This document shows positions 39,724 through 50,901 of a DNA stretch of 64,000 nucleotides, in pieces; positions within the stretch are counted from its first letter, which is position 1, and every line of letters starts with the position of its first letter. The translations under genes were made by a program, and so were the position numbers. This stretch comes from an uncultured delta proteobacterium (GTDB lineage Bacteria; Myxococcota_A; UBA9160; UBA4427), in assembly GCA_963822965.1 (NCBI GenBank), contig CAWGJT010000001.1:192001-256000 (forward strand), read 5' to 3'. The notes beneath the pieces are model-generated. The model made no database searches. It saw only the letters and a program-made list of their open reading frames with translations, and was not told where the DNA came from.

Positions 39724-40428
39724 GCGCTGGCGTCCCGGGACCCTTCGCGCAGGCGGTAGCCCAGGCCGTAGATGGTCTCGATGGGGTCGCCGCCGGCGCG
39801 CCGCAGCTTGCCGCGGATGCGGCGGATGTGGCTGTCGATGGTGCGGTCGGTGATGTGGTGGCCGGCGCCGTACGCGCGATCGACGAGCTCGTCCCGGGTG
39901 TACACCCGGCCGGGCATGCCGCACAGCGACCGCAGCAGGCCGAACTCCTTGACGGTGAGCGACACCGGCAGGCCGGCCCAGGTGCAGCAGTGGCGGTCCA
40001 GGTCGAGGCGCAGGCAGCCATGCTCGATGGTGCGCTCGGCCTGCGCATCGGGCTCGGCCGCCAGGCTGCGGCCCCGGCTCAGGATGCGCTTCACCCGGGC
40101 CACCAGCTCGCGCGGGCTGAAGGGCTTCACCACGTAGTCGTCGCCACCCAGCTCGAGCCCCAGCACCCGGTCGAGCTCGTCGTCGCGGCTCGACAGGAAC
40201 AGGATCGCCACGTCGCTGCGTCGCCGGAGGACGCGACACACCTCGAAGCCGTCGGTCTCGGGAAGCCCGATGTCCAGGACGACGAGATCGGGACCGTGCG
40301 CGTCGAAGCTCGCCAGCGCGGCCGCTCCCGTCGGCCGCCTCGTCCACCACGTGGCCCGCCTTCGCGAGCGCGAAGCAGAGCACCTCACGAATGTGTGCGT
40401 CGTCGTCGACGACGAGGATCCTGGGCAT
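39720..40428 (-). CDS. OmpR-family response regulator (CreB-like), frameshifted near 40325
   Basis: MPRILVVDDD...DEAADG, then in another frame DLVVLDIGLP, GGDDYVVKPF, RTIDSHIRRIRGKL, IETIYGLGY. Confidence 0.88.
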
Positions 40429-42626
40429 CTCGGGCTTGGATCCCCCGCAGCCGACGCCGGTTCCACAGCCGCGAGCCCGACACCGGCGGTGGCCATGAAG
40501 AGGAGCGCCACCCCCGTGGCAGGCTCCGGCGCGGCGCTTCCCGCGAAGCCACCGGCGCTTACGAGCTGGGCTGCACCCGGGAGCGCGACGGTCGCCGCCT
40601 TCCGCAGGGCCTCCGGCGGGTACGCAAGCGGCGAGACCCCGGCAACCGGCGGAACCGCGACGTCCGACTCCAGGGCCTCGCCGCCGGGATTCACGATCTC
40701 CTTGGCGACGGCCACGAACGAGGTCCACTGGGTGACGAGCCGATGCTCGAGTCCCAGGGCCACGACCTCTTCCTTCAGCTTCTCGCGCTCGTCGCCGGAC
40801 AGGTCGGGCCGGCGGTAGCTGGTCATCCGATCCTCGACCCAGGCGCGCGCCCACAGGATGGGCAACGCCTCGCCGGCGGTGCCCCGCGTATCGTCGGGCA
40901 GCACGAGGTCGAGGGGCAGGCTCACCGGACGTCCGGCGACACGGCCGTGCACCTGGATGCGATAGGTTCCGCTGGCCGCGTAGCGCCCCATCACCCGGAG
41001 CGAGCGACCGAGGAAGAGATCGGGGACCTGCGACGGGAAGACGTCCGCCACGGGCGCGTCGCCCCAATCGACCCACACGTCCGTCAGGACGGGCGAGGCG
41101 AGGCGCGCCGCCAGCTCGTCGGCCGCCGCCTCGGCGTCCTCGTCAGGCAGCACGATGCGCGCGGCGCCGCGTCCCACCCGGGCCATCTCCTCCAGCAGAT
41201 AGCGGTTGACGCCGTTTCCGACGCCGAAGGAGAAGAAGCGCGCGTCGCCCCGGCGCGACTCCACGAGCCGCACCACCTCGACGTCGTTGCCGATGTAGCC
41301 GTCGGTCAGGAAGACCACCAGGCGCAGCGCGCCTTCGGGAACCGGCGGTGCGAGCGCGGTGCGGATGCCGCTGGTCATCTCCGTGCCGCCCGATCCGTAG
41401 AGTCGATCCACGTAGGCGAGCGCACTCTGCACGTTCTCCGGGGTGGCGGGCAGCGGGCGCTCGCCCCACTCGCTCGCCGCCTCGCTGAAGCGGATGATGC
41501 GGAACGAGTCCGTCGGCCGTAGCTGCGGCAGGGCCCGGCGCATGAAGCGCTTGGAGGCGTCCATGGGAACGCCCGCCATGCTGCCCGAGCAGTCGAGCAC
41601 GAAGACGAGCTCGCGCGGCGTGATGCGATCGTCGGTCGCGTCCGCCGGCGGCTCGAGCAGCAGGCTCAGGAAGCCGACCCCGTCCTCCGCCTGGGTGGTC
41701 ACGCCGGCGGCCACGTCGTCGCCGGCCAGGCGGTACTCCAGGATGAAGTCCCGGTTGTCGACGGTCGGGCCCTCCGCGAGGGAGATGCGGTAGTCGCTCT
41801 TCGACCGGCGATCGACCGCGATGTGGTGGCTGGGGCTCGACACCCGGCGGATGGGCAGGCCGCCGTCCAGGACGATGCGGAGCTGGACCCGCTCGCGATC
41901 GATCTCGTCCGGGGCGGCCACCGGGGCCGAAGCCGGCAGGTTCCAGCGGCCGATCTCCAGCGCCTCGGGCTCTCCCGGCTGGCGGGTCGGCGCGCCCTCG
42001 GATCCACCCGGAGGCGCGACGGGCACGTAGCGGGGACCGACCACCATGGGGAAGTGGAACACGTAGTCGCCGTCGAGCCCGCGAGCGCCCTTCTCCACCA
42101 CGTGCGCGTACTCGAGGTCCACGCGGACGGGCCTTCCGGGCATCAGGTTCGCCACCTCCTGGCTGAAGACGTTGGGCCGATGCTGCTCGAGGAGCGCCGC
42201 CTGGTTGCCGCGCTCCTTGGCGTTCTCGAAGATGGCCCGGGCCTCCTGCTTGCGGTGGATCTCGGCCTCGATCACCTGGTCGCCGCTGGTGATGCGCATG
42301 GCGTAGACGACGGCGTTGGAAGGCAGCGGGAACACGTACCTCGCGTGGATCGGCTGCGGGTGGGGGTTCGCGAAGAGCTGGGTGAGCTTCACCGTCGCGA
42401 GATCGCCCTGGATGCGGACGTCCACGAGGGTCTTCAGCAGGGGGAGCGGCACCCGGTGTCCGTCGAGATCGGCCTCCAGGGCGACCGGCGGTGCGTCGAC
42501 GTCTTCGGCGGCGATCCGCGCAACGGCGATCCGATCCGCCGCGACGGCGGCGAGTCCCACCGAGACGACGAGGACGAGCCAGAGCCAGGGAGCGGTGCGG
42601 TTCGGTTGCTTGCGGAGCGGCTTCAT
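40385..42626 (-). CDS. VIT (vault/inter-alpha-trypsin) + vWA protein with a C-terminal PEP-CTERM-like sorting signal; probable frameshift near 40470
   Basis: YVFPLP..AVVY.M, ALLEQHRPNVF, MIDAS DCSGS, GGTE, FLTDG, APEP + TM segment. The basic tail LWNRRRLR is in the adjacent frame. Confidence 0.85.
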
Positions 42627-42662
42627 GGGATTCCTTTCGGGTCCGATTCGCGAGGCGGGACC

Positions 42663-44190
42663 TCAGGAGCGGGGTCTCGCGGGAGAAGGAAGGTCGAGGG
42701 CGGCGAAGAGCGCCGCGTCGAAGGTCGTGCAGCGTCCGGGCTCGGCGTCACACACGGGCCACGGCGTGATGCGCTCCACCAGGCTCCAGGCCTGCCGGCG
42801 GGCGAGCCAGCGCCACAGCACCTCCGAGACGCTGGTGGCGCTCTCGCCCGAGTCGCTCACGAACGACGCCTCCACCCGCCAGGCGCGCCCGTCGGGTGCG
42901 ACGCTGCGGTAGACGACGGAAGGCGCGGCCGCGTGGCGCACACCGATGCGCGTCACCGTGTGGCCCGCTCCGATGAGGCAGCGGTCGGGGCCGTGCAGGT
43001 GACGCAGGGGTGCGCCGGTTCGGACCAGCAGGACGGTGTGCGCGACACCCGCACCGTCCTGGTAGACGCGCTTCTGGAGCGAGCCGCCGTACTGCTCGTA
43101 GTAGCGGCGCTCCAGCGCGGACGGGGGCAGCGGGCCACCGACCGCGTCGCCGAGGGCCGCGGGCAGCGCCCAGCCCGACAGGGGCCGCGACACGTCCAGA
43201 GGCTTCTCGGGCGTGAATGCCACGAGCCCCGCCGCGCACGCGAGCACCGCCGCCGCCACCGCGGGCCGCGCCGTCGTCCGACGCGCGGGGCGGAACGACG
43301 CCGAAGGGACGCTGCCAGCGCGCCTCGCGCGGGGGAAGCCGGAGCCCCACCCCGAAGACGGGCAGCGAAGCGACGGCGAGCACCGCGGACCCCAGCAGGG
43401 TGTGCCAGGGCTCGTCGTGCAGGGGAATGCCGCCGAGCGCCCCCTCGAACAGCACGACGACGCGCAGAGCGTTGGCGACGAGAGCGCCCCCGACGACCGC
43501 CGCCGCGCCCCACACGGCCTGCCGTGGGGTCGCCCGGCGGCGACACCAGAAGGCGAGCGCCAGGCCCGAGAGCAGCAGCAGGCCGCGGGCGCCGCTGCAC
43601 GGGAGGTCCACCGCCAGCTCCACACCCGGATGCACCAGGAGCACCCCCTCGCGCACCAGCCCGGGATGCAGGGACGCGAGCACCGCCTCGGCAATCGCCG
43701 CCGCCGCGAGCTGCAGCGGATGGCCAGCGAGCCGCTGGAGGACGTGCTCGAGGGGAAGCGCGAGCACGCCCAGGCAGGCCACCGCCAGCGGTCGCAGCGC
43801 GAACGGACGGCGATCGACGCCGAGGGCGATGGCGAGGGCACCCAGGTCCACCACCAGCGCCAGGGCGCCGATGGTGTCGACGGCCAGCAGGTGCCCGACC
43901 ACGCGCACCGTCGCCGTCCCGAGCAGGAGCCTCCAGGCACGTAGCCCCGCCCGCGGGTCGGGCTGCGCGGGCCCGCTGGCCACCGAGGCGGCCCCCAGCG
44001 CCGCGATCCCGAGCGCCAGCCAGCCTCCCTCGCTCTGATAGGCGGGATCGGTCCAGGTCGTCGCGAGCCAGCGAGCCGGATGCACCGCCAGCACGATCGC
44101 CGCCACGCCGGAGACGACGCCGGGCCAGCCGAAGCGGAAGGCGCGCTCCCGGCCGGTCCGGAGCACGCTCGCGATCGCGGAGGGATCCAT
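42663..44190 (-). CDS. Exosortase (VIT-associated type) with a C-terminal EpsI-like domain; frameshift near 43300
   Basis: Multi-TM. Cys/Arg/His triad in VDLPCSG, ANALRV and WHTLLG. C-terminal RHLHGPDRCL.GAG. Confidence 0.82.
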
Positions 44191-44255
44191 GGCGCGAAGG
44201 ATCCCGTCCGAGCGTGCCCTCGATGTCCCCGCCGCGTGGCAGGCTCGGGGCGGAA

Positions 44256-44273
44256 CCGTGCAGGTCCCGTGCA
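44256..44273 (-). promoter_or_regulatory. 11-bp-period direct repeat TGCACGG-N4-TGCACGG (OmpR-family/cre-tag-like site)
   Basis: CCGTGCA at 44256 and 44267 on the + strand, about 65-85 nt upstream of the exosortase start. Confidence 0.45.
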
Positions 44274-44333
44274 AGCCGCAGGGTCAGGTCCGGTCGCTCG
44301 AGCCCCGCTGTCCCGGGGCGACCGTCGCTTCGC

Positions 44334-44747
44334 TCAGCGAGCCCGCAGCGCGTCTCGGATCTCGGTGAGCAGCACCTCTTCGCGGGAGGGCGCGGGCGGG
44401 GCCGCCGGGGCCGCCTCTTCCTTCTTGCGCGCCGCCGCCATGGCGGAGTTCATGGCCTTCACCACGAGGAAGATCGCGAAGGCGATGATGAGGAAGTCGA
44501 GGACCGTGTTGATGAACACGCCGTAGTTGATCGTGACCGCCTTCGCATCGCCGACGGCCTCCTTGAGGGGAATGGACAGGCTCGAAAAGTCCACACCGCC
44601 GAGCACCAGCCCGATGGGCGGCATCAGGATGTCGTTGGTGAACGAGGCCACGATCTTGCCGAAGGCGGCGCCCATCACCAGACCCACCGCGATGTCGACG
44701 ACGTTGCCCTTCACCGCGAACTTCTTGAACTCGGACAGCATGCTCAT
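44334..44747 (-). CDS. mscL: Large-conductance mechanosensitive channel
   Basis: [41 protein letters not shown]. Confidence 0.97.
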   Translation of the reverse strand: MSMLSEFKKFAVKGNVVDIAVGLVMGAAFGKIVASFTNDILMPPIGLVLGGVDFSSLSIPLKEAVGDAKAVTINYGVFINTVLDFLIIAFAIFLVVKAMNSAMAAARKKEEAAPAAPPAPSREEVLLTEIRDALRAR

Positions 44748-45057
44748 TTTCGATGGTTTCCTTCGTGCCCGAGGATCGGGTAGGCGACCAGGGCTTCCGG
44801 GGCCCCGGCTCGACGGGCAGGCCAGCCCACGACGGGTCAGCCCGGGGCGCTGACGAATCCGGAGGACTCGAGAGCGAGCGCACCATCCCACCGGAACGGG
44901 GGCGGCGTCAAGGAGCTCGATCTTCTTCCGGCCGGACGATGCCCGGGCCCGACTCCCAGGACACCCGCGTACACCGGATGGGCTTCTTCGCCCTCGACGA
45001 ACCCGTACGGATCCTGCGGTGGGCGGCCACGACCGGCCCGTCATCGGGCTGCGGGGG

Positions 45058-45582
45058 TCAGCAGACGTCGACGACGGTCCACTCGCGGTCGCGACCCTGG
45101 ATGACGACGTCCACGGCATCACCCGCGCGGGCGCCCTGGAGGGCCCGGCCCAGGGGTGACTGCGGCGTGATGACCGAGACGAAGCCGTCGCCCCCCGGTC
45201 CGTTCAGCTCGCTTCCGGCGCCCACCGGCAGGATGAAGAGGGTGCGCTCCTCGCTCTCGCCGTCCGTCTCGACGCTCACATCCACCAGCGCGCCGACGCC
45301 AACGGCGTCCGTGGGCGCGAAGGCGCGAAGGCGCGGGCCGAACGCGATCAGGGTCTCGAGCTCGCGGGCCGCGTCCTCCCGCCGCTTGCGATGGCCGGCG
45401 GCGACACGCTGCAGGTCCAGCGCCCCCTTGGCGTCCTCGGATCGGCGCGCCTCCTGCTGGATGGCCCCGGCGCCCTCGGCGGCGTCGGTCTCGGCGCGGC
45501 GCGCCCGGGAGATGACCTCCTGGTACTCGCGCTTCAGCGCCTCGACGAAGAACCGCTTGCGCTCGAGGATTCCCGGGGCCAT
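45058..45582 (-). CDS. GreA/GreB-like protein (coiled coil + Gre C-terminal domain)
   Basis: [21 protein letters not shown]...GD.V. Confidence 0.8.
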   Translation of the reverse strand: MAPGILERKRFFVEALKREYQEVISRARRAETDAAEGAGAIQQEARRSEDAKGALDLQRVAAGHRKRREDAARELETLIAFGPRLRAFAPTDAVGVGALVDVSVETDGESEERTLFILPVGAGSELNGPGGDGFVSVITPQSPLGRALQGARAGDAVDVVIQGRDREWTVVDVC

Positions 45583-45669
45583 GGCGGAAGAGTAGACGCG
45601 AAGCGCGCCGGCCCGCGAGTGCCGACTGGGCAGTGAAGAACCCCGGAGCGGGCGAGGTGCCCGGTGCTT

Positions 45670-46781
45670 CTATTCGGGTGGCGCGTTGCAGGCGCCGAGG
45701 GCGACCACTTCCGTGGGCTCGTGGTCCATGCAGGCCGTCCGCCCGAAGTAGTGCTCGACCGATTCCCGGATCACCGGCAGGTGGGTCGAGCCGCCCGCGA
45801 GCAGCACGGCGCTCACGTCGCCGGCTCGAAGACCCGGCCGCATTCACCGCCTCGTCGCAGATCGAGCAGCGCCCGCTGCACCAGGTCCAGGCAGAGACCG
45901 TCGAGGGTCGAGCGCCGGAGGACCAGACCTTCCTGGGTGATGGGGCAATCGGGATCGACCTGCGCCAGGTCGATGCGGGTCTCGTCGCTGGCGGCGAGTC
46001 GGATCTTCGCCGCCTCGCATTCCGCCAGCAGCCGCGCCGATACCTCCCAGCAGCTCGCCAGGTCCCAGTTGTGGTGCTTGAGCACCTCGAGGGTCGCCCA
46101 GTCGGCGAGCTTGCGGTCGATGTCGTTCCCGCCCAGGAACAGGTCACTGGCCATCCCGATCACTTCGGGGCTGCGGGTGCCACAGTCCACGATCGCGACG
46201 TCCAGGGTCCCGCCTCCGAGGTCGTACACCGCGACCGGGCCGCGCAGATCCGGGTCGTCCAGGTACGCATAAGCGGTTGCCATGGCCTCGTCGAGGAGAC
46301 GGAGACCGCGCAGGCCGGCGTGCAGCGCGGCGGTGACGGTCTCGTCGCGCTGTCTCTCGTTGAAGCCCGTGGGAACCGTCAGCACGACCTCGAGATCCTC
46401 GTCCACGCCCTCGAGTCGCTCGGCGATCCGGTCGAGCAGGATGGCCGCGATGTCGGTGGGACTGTGCAGACCCGCCCGCGTCTTGAAGGCCGGTCGGTCG
46501 CCGCCCGCATCGACCACCTCCACCGGGTAGCGCTCCCGGAACAATCGCGCCTCCCGCTCGGAGTAGAGGCGCCCGATCAGACGCTTCGACGAGAAGATCG
46601 TGTTGGCCTGGTCGATCGCGCGCCGCCGCGCCGCGCTGCGACCCGTGGCGACGCTGCCGTTGGGGAGGAACGCGACCACCGAGGGCAGCCCGGACTCTCC
46701 GTGCTTGTCGATGCCGAGCACCCGCTGCTCGACCGACGCAACCGTGTTCGTCGTGCCCAGGTCGATGCCGATCCGCCTCAA
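45670..46781 (-). CDS. Hsp70/DnaK-like protein consisting of the nucleotide-binding domain only; two frameshifts near 45835-45875
   Basis: IGIDLGTTNT, LPSVVAF, TVPTGFN..QR, VYDLGGGTLD, LGGNDID, EAAKIRL, then VLLAGGSTHLP...EVVALGA and a stop at 45670. TTGA overlap with the upstream gene. Confidence 0.82.
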
Positions 46782-47456
46782 GAGTCGATCCTCCCGAGGA
46801 AGCGCTGCAGGATCGACAGGGCCCCGGGGTCGATGCTCGAGACGCGAGCCGTGTAGATGAGGTCGTCCTCGTCTCCACAGCTCTCCACCCGGCACTGGAG
46901 CGAGACCTTCTCCCGCGGCGCATCGGGTTCCGCGCTCGGCAGGAAGAAGTCGAGCGAGAGCACCGTCTCGAGCTCGAAGGCGCGGTCGCCCTGGAGCAGG
47001 AGGCTCTTCTCGTCCAGGTCGAGCACGATCACGAAGCCCTCGCCGGGATGCTCGGGCGTCGGTTCGGTAGTGGACGAGCAGGTCGAGCGTCCCGACCAGC
47101 TCCTCGCAGAGGGCGAGCAGCTCCGTCACGACGTGGACCAGGTCTTCGGCGCCGCAGATCACCAGCGTCCGGTCGTCGACGGAAGGTGGGCGCGGGGTCG
47201 GCTCCAGGGCGTCGGAGGCCAGGACCACGCGCGTCCCGCGACAGCCCCCGCGCTCCAACGAGTCGATCAGGTTCTCCGCCTCCTCCAGACCCGCTTCCTT
47301 GCCGAAGACGACGATCGCGGGACGCTCCAGCTGGGCCAGGATCCGGCCGCCCTCCAGGGTGGGCGTCTCCACCAGATCCACCGCGCTGACCCCGGAGAGG
47401 TGCCGGTTCAGGTGGATCCAGAGCCCGACGCTCTGCGCGACCAGGACGCGTCTCAC
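46778..47456 (-). CDS. Degenerate receiver-like + PilZ-like protein; frameshift near 47050
   Basis: RRVLVAQ REC-like N-terminus. C-terminal beta-barrel pattern VLDLDEKSLLL...LSLDFFLP...CRV...LSILQRFL. Confidence 0.6.
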
Positions 47457-47498
47457 GACGCGCCTGCGAGCCGGCGGCGCAGCCCGGTCGGCCCGGGA

Positions 47499-48620
47499 CT
47501 ACGCATCGTCGATGACCTCGGACACGACCACGTTGGGGGCCCGTTCCCCTCCCGCGAACCGAGGCAACGAGGCCACCATCTCCTCGAGGGCCGCGGCGAT
47601 GCTCGGCCCCACCTCCCGGAATTGCAGCACGCATCCATGGGGGCCGTCGTTGCGAGCCACGACGGCCTTGACCAGCAGCGGCGTGCGACCCGCCCGGCCG
47701 TAGATCACGAGCTTGAACTCGTCGCCCTTCTCCAGACGCTCGTCCGGAGCGACGCGCATCCCCCCGGTCGAGAGATCCCGCCCGACGATGGTGTGGACCG
47801 CGCCCTTGGCGGCGGCCAGCACGGGACGGCAGTAGCTCTTCCGGGGCGAGCGGCGCCGATCCGGCTGCGACCCGGCTTCGGCGGGCGGTGCTTCGGAGGC
47901 AGCCGGGCTGCGGGGGGCCGCCTTCACCTTCCGGGGGCGGATGGTCGCCGACCCGATGCCGTGGCGCGCCATCAGCGTCCGCAGCCTTTCCCGGACCGCG
48001 GCGGGGGGAGGTCGGAAGGCGACCGAGATCTCGTGCTGCCCCGGTCCATCGCCCTCGCTGGGCTGCGATCCGACGACACGACCCTCGAGCGACAGGGTCC
48101 GCCCGCGCGTGAGGCTCCGGGGGAACACGACCTGCGTGCGATCGCCCGGCGCGAGCGCCTCGGCGCACAGCAGCCCGCACCCCTTCTCGGAGAGCTGGGT
48201 CAGCGTGGCGCGCCGCGGACGCAGCCCGGAGCCGAGCTTCACCTCCGCGCTCATGGCGACACGTTCGTTCGTCCTCCGCTCGGGACCGCTGTAGAGCGCG
48301 TGCAGGATCAGCAGGCGCAGGGCGATGGGGTGCACCGGTCGTTGGACGATGAAGTCGAAGCACCCCGCCTTCAGCGCGCTGCGCAGGGCCGGCGAGTCCT
48401 CTTCCAGGATCACGATGTGGAACGAGCGGCGCTCCACCTCGGCCGCCCGCTCGGCAGAGGCCTCGAGGGCATGACGCGCGTTGCTGATCCAGAGCGCCTC
48501 CGAAGGCACGTCGCCGTGCCACGCGTCCAGGAAGCGTAGATCCAGCTTCTCGAGCAGCTGCCGGACGTCCTCCAGATCGCCGTCATCGGCGAGGGCAATC
48601 GGCGGCAGCTCGGCGTTCAC
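47499..48620 (-). CDS. Receiver-like domain + two PilZ domains (c-di-GMP receptor)
   Basis: IALADDG; ERRTNER...QLSEKG; DRRRSPR...DLSTGG. Confidence 0.85.
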   Translation of the reverse strand: MNAELPPIALADDGDLEDVRQLLEKLDLRFLDAWHGDVPSEALWISNARHALEASAERAAEVERRSFHIVILEEDSPALRSALKAGCFDFIVQRPVHPIALRLLILHALYSGPERRTNERVAMSAEVKLGSGLRPRRATLTQLSEKGCGLLCAEALAPGDRTQVVFPRSLTRGRTLSLEGRVVGSQPSEGDGPGQHEISVAFRPPPAAVRERLRTLMARHGIGSATIRPRKVKAAPRSPAASEAPPAEAGSQPDRRRSPRKSYCRPVLAAAKGAVHTIVGRDLSTGGMRVAPDERLEKGDEFKLVIYGRAGRTPLLVKAVVARNDGPHGCVLQFREVGPSIAAALEEMVASLPRFAGGERAPNVVVSEVIDDA

Positions 48621-48801
48621 GCGTTCCCCCAAGGAAAGGGCCCGAGAGCGAGGCAGTGGGACCCTGGAGATCGGTATCCCACGACACTTGCTTGAGGCGA
48701 CACGACTCGGCGTTCTCCCCGGCGAGAGCGAGGAGAGGGAGTCCCCTTGCCCCCGAAGTACGACACTTTCGGACGCATCCGGGAGCCCGAGACCAGCGCT
48801 C

Positions 48802-50025
48802 CTAGCCCGAGCCTTCGGGCTCCGGGTCCGACTCCGGGACCCAGGCGAAGAGCCCCGCCGTCGCCACCACGGCCAGCCCGGCGCCGAAGTAGAAGGGCGC
48901 CGCCGGACCGAACCCCGCCCAGGAACCGAGTCCCTGCCAGAGCAGCCCGGCGATCAGCGAAGCGGGCAGATCGAGCACGCCCAGCAGGGCCGCGTGACTG
49001 CCATAGGCCATGGCCCGGCGCTCGGCGGGAACGAGATCGGCCACGAAGGCCCGGGCCGTGCCCGTCGCGAGGCCGTAGTAGACGCCGTAGACGGCGTAGA
49101 GCCACGCGATGGTGGGCGCGCCCCCGGCGCGCGCGAAGCCCAGATAGATGGCCGCATAGACGAGCCAGCCCATGGCGAGCACCTGCCGGCGGCCGATGCG
49201 ATCCGAGAGGCGGCCGGCCGGCGTCGAGACCAGCGCGTAGACGACGTTGAAGGCGAGCAGCATCCAGAGCACGTCGGTCACTCCCGCGCCGCGCTCCTGG
49301 GCGCGCAGCACCAGGAAGGCGTCCGACGAGTTGCCGAGGTCGAAGAGGCCGGCCACCACGAGGAAGCGCGCGAACGGACGCCCGAGACCCCGCACCCCCA
49401 TGCGCAGCGGGCTGCCGGGCCCCGAGGCTCGCGCTTCGCGCGCCGCGAAGGCCAGCACCGCCACCGCCAGGACGGCGGGTGCCAGGCTCAGCAGAACCAG
49501 GGTGTGGAACGTGTCCCGGGTGAGCCGGTCGGCACCGCCCTGCACCGCACCCACCACCGCGATCGAAACCGCGATGCCGAGCACGGCGCCGCCGGTGTCC
49601 GCGGCCCGGTGCAGCCCGAAGGCCAGGCCGCGATTGCGCTCGTCGATCGAGTCGGCCAGCAGGGCGTCGCGCGGCGCCGTACGGATTCCCTTGCCGACGC
49701 GATCGGCCCAGCGCGCGCCGGCCACGGTGCCCCAGCTGCCCGCGAGCAGGAAGCCCGGCTTGGCGAGGGCCGACACCGCGTACCCCAGGACCGCAGGCCA
49801 CTTGCGGCTGCGGAATCGATCGGAGAGGGCGCCGGAGCCGAGCTTCAGCAGGCTCGCGGCCGACTCGGCCACCCCCTCGATCAGGCCGATCACCGACGTG
49901 CGCGCACCGAGCACGTTGGCGAGGAAGAGAGGCAGCAGGTTCAGGACCATCTCGCTCGAGAGGTCCATCAGGAAGCTGGTGATGCTGGCCGCCCAGATGT
50001 TGCGCGGGATCGGTCGGCCCGGCAT
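48802..50025 (-). CDS. MFS transporter
   Basis: SFLMDLSSEM, GALSDRF, DRVGKGIRTAPRDALLA, GRLSDRIGRR; about 12 TM segments. Confidence 0.92.
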   Translation of the reverse strand: MPGRPIPRNIWAASITSFLMDLSSEMVLNLLPLFLANVLGARTSVIGLIEGVAESAASLLKLGSGALSDRFRSRKWPAVLGYAVSALAKPGFLLAGSWGTVAGARWADRVGKGIRTAPRDALLADSIDERNRGLAFGLHRAADTGGAVLGIAVSIAVVGAVQGGADRLTRDTFHTLVLLSLAPAVLAVAVLAFAAREARASGPGSPLRMGVRGLGRPFARFLVVAGLFDLGNSSDAFLVLRAQERGAGVTDVLWMLLAFNVVYALVSTPAGRLSDRIGRRQVLAMGWLVYAAIYLGFARAGGAPTIAWLYAVYGVYYGLATGTARAFVADLVPAERRAMAYGSHAALLGVLDLPASLIAGLLWQGLGSWAGFGPAAPFYFGAGLAVVATAGLFAWVPESDPEPEGSG

Positions 50026-50188
50026 CGGTGAGCTCCCCCCGGCGCGGGAGTGTCGCGGCGCGGGGGCCCCACCGCAACGAGCGGCAGACCGGGCCGGACC
50101 TCCCGCGTGCGCCCCGCCGAGAGCAACTTTCGCGAATCCGGCGGACCCCTGCGAGCTAAGTTTCGGGCTCACCGACGAGGATGGGCCC

Positions 50189-50866
50189 ATGCCGCCGAAG
50201 GGCGAACCGGCCTTCGATGTACGCGCGGCGGAGCGACATCTCGCTCGGCGGGACGAACGTCTCGCCGAGCTGATCGCCACCGCCCCGCCCTTCCGCATCG
50301 ATCCCCGTCGGTCGCCCTACGACGCGTTGCTCGAGTCGATCGCCTACCAGTCCATCTCGGGCCGGGCCGCGGCGACGATCTTCGCTCGGGTGAAGGCTCT
50401 GGGGCGAAACGGCTCGCCCCCCGCGCCGGAGGCGATGCTGAAGCTCTCGCCGGCCACGCTCCGAAAGGCCGGCCTGTCGGGCGCCAAGGTCACCGCCATG
50501 AAGGACCTGGCACGCAAGCGGATCGAAGGCGTCGTCCCGACCCTCGGCCAGGCGCGCCGCATGTCCGACGAGGAGCTCGTCGAGCGCCTCGTGTCGGTCC
50601 GCGGCATCGGCGTCTGGTCGGTGGAGATGTTCCTGATCTTCCGCCTGGGCCGGCCGGACGTGCTGCCGATCCACGACCTCGGCGTGAAGAAGGGCTGGGC
50701 GGTCACCTACGGCAGGAAGCACATGCCGACGCCGAAGCAGCTCCTCGCCTTCGGTGAGCGCTGGCGCCCGTACCGGACGCTCGCCAGCTGGTACCTGTGG
50801 CGCGCCTTCGAGCGTGCGGGCCCCGCAGCGACGAACTCGATCCAGGCGCCGCGAAAGCCGCGCTAG
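50189..50866 (+). CDS. alkA: DNA-3-methyladenine glycosylase II (AlkA, HhH-GPD family)
   Basis: SIAYQSISG, LVSVRGIGVWSVEMFLIF.LGRPDVLP..DLG, WRPYRTLASWYLW. Confidence 0.85.
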   Translation: MPPKGEPAFDVRAAERHLARRDERLAELIATAPPFRIDPRRSPYDALLESIAYQSISGRAAATIFARVKALGRNGSPPAPEAMLKLSPATLRKAGLSGAKVTAMKDLARKRIEGVVPTLGQARRMSDEELVERLVSVRGIGVWSVEMFLIFRLGRPDVLPIHDLGVKKGWAVTYGRKHMPTPKQLLAFGERWRPYRTLASWYLWRAFERAGPAATNSIQAPRKPR

Positions 50867-50901
50867 ATGGCTTCGAGCACGATCGGCTGCCCGGGCCGGG
50901 C

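Noticed and set aside
39720..42626. Apparent VIT-vWA-response regulator fusion (968 aa)
   Set aside because: The regulator's N-terminus (MPRILVVDDD) and the PEP-CTERM basic tail lie in other frames. Two indels create the fusion.
44258..44274. Sigma54 promoter upstream of the exosortase (TTGCAC-N5-CTGCA)
   Set aside because: It lacks the invariant GG at -24. A direct repeat explains it better.
45813..47456. Apparent receiver-Hsp70 fusion (547 aa)
   Set aside because: A frameshift near 47050 explains it. The PilZ-like C-terminus is in another frame, and the Hsp70 has its own RBS and TTG.
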